Made by a program: the position numbers and the translations under genes. The notes under the pieces are model-generated. The model made no database searches, had not been told where the DNA came from, and saw only the letters and a list, made by a program, of their open reading frames with translations. DNA of 47,959 nucleotides, from the NCBI GenBank assembly GCA_039683575.1, contig JBDKRC010000063.1, forward strand, positions 1-47,959. The letters run 5' to 3'. The first letter of the stretch is position 1; every line of letters starts with the position of its first letter. The stretch is from Armatimonadia bacterium. GTDB lineage: Bacteria > Armatimonadota > Zipacnadia > Zipacnadales > UBA11051. Below are positions 45,394-47,959 of the stretch, in pieces.

Positions 45394-46146
45394 TCACTCG
45401 GCTCCCCCAACCTCCCCCCAAACCCGCTCCACCACCGGCTTGATAACCTTCGTCCACTCCGCGTACATCTCCGGCTTCATATGCAGCATGTCGTCCTTGA
45501 AACACTCTGGCCGCACCTGCCCCTGCGCGTCGAGCAGCGTTGGTGTGATGTCCACGTATGTGAGCCGCTCGTCTGCGGCACAGAGCTCCTGCAGCGCCTT
45601 ATTCGAGGCCTGGTACTTGTCCCAGAGCTTCCACCGCGACGGGCTCGGCTTGTTGGATACGAAGATCAACCGTGTCTTGGCGTCCTGCTCCCACACCCTT
45701 CCCAGAAACAGCCGCACGTACTTCATGTAGTTCTCGATGGTCACATCCGCCTGCGGCATGTCATTGTCGCCGATGTATACCACGATCAGCTTCGGCCGCC
45801 GCGGCAGCACCGCGCGGTCTGCATACCACCAAAGCTGCGCCGAGTTCGACCCGCCAAACCCCCGGTTCACGACCGGCAGCGGCGCCATGTCGCTCTTGAC
45901 CGTGCTCCAGCCGGTGAACGTCGAACTGCCAGTGAAGACTATGATGCCCCTCCTGGGGTCGGTCAGGTCATCAGCCGCAAACTTTTCCATGTTCTTCTCA
46001 AACGCAAGCCCAAACGTGCGTCCCTCATGTGTCACCATCTTGTATCCCTTCGGGCTGTCAGAAAACGAAACCTCAGCCACCGGCGCCGACAGAGCCGCCG
46101 AAACTGCGACAATTGCCGTCAAGACTGCGTGCAGTCTGGTGTTCAT
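45394..46146 (-). CDS. Secreted GDSL/SGNH hydrolase
   Basis: FTGSST, NRGFGGS, YIGDND, D.LH blocks; start MNTRL after AAGGAG. Confidence 0.92.
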   Translation of the reverse strand: MNTRLHAVLTAIVAVSAALSAPVAEVSFSDSPKGYKMVTHEGRTFGLAFEKNMEKFAADDLTDPRRGIIVFTGSSTFTGWSTVKSDMAPLPVVNRGFGGSNSAQLWWYADRAVLPRRPKLIVVYIGDNDMPQADVTIENYMKYVRLFLGRVWEQDAKTRLIFVSNKPSPSRWKLWDKYQASNKALQELCAADERLTYVDITPTLLDAQGQVRPECFKDDMLHMKPEMYAEWTKVIKPVVERVWGEVGGAE

Positions 46147-46252
46147 TACACTCTCCTTCCTTGCCGCCAACACATGATCATGTTGCCGCAACCGATGCAG
46201 TGTTGTAAAATCCTGTGATAGTAATCCGAGGCTTCTATGAAAGGCATATGAC

Positions 46253-46708
46253 ATGACAGAACGCAAAGGCTGGACTTGTGACGTATGTGGCGAACGCATT
46301 GAGAGTGTGCAGGATGGTTGGGTCGAGTGGCTGGTCTCAAGGAACGCCGACGGGTCGTATACGCGCAGTAATCTTAGGCTTGTTCACAGCGCAACGTCAG
46401 GTCCGGCAACTTCAGCTTCTGGATGCCGGTCTGGAGGCGCGTGCAACACAGTGCAGGACAGGCCGCTAGAGTCCCTGCTCGGGCAAGATGGACTGATGCT
46501 TCTGCTGTCTTGGATACCACAATGGACGGATAGCACGGCTGTGGTAGAAATGATCAAACGTCTTCACGTGCCCAACTATGAGCATGCGCGCCACTACCTG
46601 CGGGAGGCTGTCGACTGCGGTGCTGTCGAGAGCAGGACCCTACCGACTTTCCCCAGTAAGCTGGAGATTGAAAACACCCTGCGGTACATGGATGAGGCAG
46701 ACCAATAG
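46253..46708 (+). CDS. Hypothetical protein with an N-terminal CxxC (possible Zn site)
   Basis: W.CDVCG..I....G.VEW; LVH...C; 151-aa ORF in lower-GC DNA. Confidence 0.7.
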   Translation: MTERKGWTCDVCGERIESVQDGWVEWLVSRNADGSYTRSNLRLVHSATSGPATSASGCRSGGACNTVQDRPLESLLGQDGLMLLLSWIPQWTDSTAVVEMIKRLHVPNYEHARHYLREAVDCGAVESRTLPTFPSKLEIENTLRYMDEADQ

Positions 46709-46759
46709 GCTGAGTGTGAGTGCGCGGGGCCCACAGGAGACGGTGAAATCCTTGCCGCT

Positions 46760-47890
46760 CTAAGGCGCGTAGTCTTGCATCAACTCCAACATTTCACGAC
46801 TCCCATCGTGTAAGGCGGCATCTAACGGCGTTTCACCATCTGGACCCTTGTGCTCCGGATCTCCACCCGCGCTTAGCAAGAACTTGGCGACTGCCACTCG
46901 GCCAAACATAGCCGCCAGATACAGTGGCGTCCAGCCATGATTGTTTTCGGCATCAACAACTGCTCCGGCGGCGAGAAGCATTCCCGCTGCTTCGCCGCAA
47001 TCTACAAGGGCTGCGTCATGTAGGGGAGTGGCACCATCAGTGCTAATTGCGTGAACATCCGCTCTCGCGGCTAACAGTGCACCCACGCAGTTCGTCTGCC
47101 TGTGCCGAACTGCGAGATGCAGCGGAGTTCGGCCATCAGCATCCTTCATGTTGGGGTCGGCTCCTCGGTCCATGAGCTGGCGAAGCATGATCTCGTGACC
47201 AGACCTGCTCGCAATGTGCACGGCCGATTGTCCACCCCACACCGGGTTCTTCTCGCTCAAACGTGCAGCGATGTTTGCTCCCCCATCTAGCAACTGCATA
47301 GCTGCGTCCGCGTGCCCCTGGGAGACAGCGAAATGCAGCGCCGTCCAGCCGTCCTCAGTTGTCGCGTTTGGGTCGGCGCCGGCATTCAGCTGCCGACGCA
47401 TCTCCTCCAGGTCGCCCCGTACTGAAGCGTCGTGCAGAAATCGACTTGCAGCCTCTAGAGCCTGTCTAGTGTCCTCGGCTCTCTGTACCGAGCGAAACTG
47501 AGACTGATCATCACAAGCTTGCAGTGGTTGTGCCTCGTTCGAGTCCGCCACGGATACTTGCAGGGAACCGCAACCGTAGATGCTACAGCCGCCATTGGCT
47601 GTCCAACAGTCTTCGTGATGAGGTGTATTACACGCCGCACACTTCACATACCGTGAAGCAGTCTTGATCATGATATGGCAGTAGGGACATGTCCCTGTAT
47701 GAATGCATTGCGGCTGTCTGTGTTTGGGTGATACGGCTTGCGGATGATCTGTGTATTCCAGCACTAGTGATATTTGCGGCTCATGCCAACCTGCTCTGAT
47801 GAGGGAATTGCGTATGCTCTCATCGGTTCTCCCCCTTCGCCGCATCTGGTCGACGTAACCCTTTGCCTGATTGATCGCCGCCTCGTGCAT
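46760..47890 (-). CDS. Prokaryotic RING-finger plus ankyrin-repeat protein
   Basis: CPYC-x11-C..C...HH..CW...GGC...GC (Prok-RING_1 pattern); six to seven G.TPLH.A ankyrin repeats; GGAGG upstream. Confidence 0.9.
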   Translation of the reverse strand: MHEAAINQAKGYVDQMRRRGRTDESIRNSLIRAGWHEPQISLVLEYTDHPQAVSPKHRQPQCIHTGTCPYCHIMIKTASRYVKCAACNTPHHEDCWTANGGCSIYGCGSLQVSVADSNEAQPLQACDDQSQFRSVQRAEDTRQALEAASRFLHDASVRGDLEEMRRQLNAGADPNATTEDGWTALHFAVSQGHADAAMQLLDGGANIAARLSEKNPVWGGQSAVHIASRSGHEIMLRQLMDRGADPNMKDADGRTPLHLAVRHRQTNCVGALLAARADVHAISTDGATPLHDAALVDCGEAAGMLLAAGAVVDAENNHGWTPLYLAAMFGRVAVAKFLLSAGGDPEHKGPDGETPLDAALHDGSREMLELMQDYAP

Positions 47891-47959
47891 GTCGCCCTCC
47901 GGACCTGCCCCGTGTGGATGAGCTTGCAGGTCTCCTAGAACAACCCCACCACATTCCCT

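Overview
High-GC bacterial chromosomal segment, probably Armatimonadota or a related Terrabacteria lineage. That placement is inferred from the prepilin/H-X9-DG protein, the large Alu-type SRP RNA, the Gram-positive-type LexA box and the FlgD-tailed secreted protein. The window encodes a giant M6 metalloprotease, two glycosyltransferases, several secreted glycoside-hydrolase-like proteins, sugar-metabolism genes and six tRNAs (Ser-GCT/CGA/GGA, Arg-CCG/GCG/CCT), followed by a four-helix-bundle gene, ffs, dnaX-ybaB-recR and a lower-GC end with a Prok-RING/ankyrin gene. Most notable: (1) recurrent 7-nt-period CTG/CAG arrays, usually exactly five units, that bracket an Avd-like four-helix-bundle gene as inverted arrays and sit where the RBS of dnaX and recR should be; (2) a Hel308/Ski2-like helicase fused to an OmpR-type winged helix, with a perfect LexA box filling its promoter spacer, followed by a PD-(D/E)XK-like gene and a HerA-like ATPase; (3) a shared sigma-H-like promoter motif upstream of about seven genes, three apparently leaderless; (4) several GTAG-type REP families that are strongly strand-biased, tandemly amplified and inserted in-frame into proteins; (5) tRNA-Arg(GCG). 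All product calls come from motif recognition by eye; no database searches were run.
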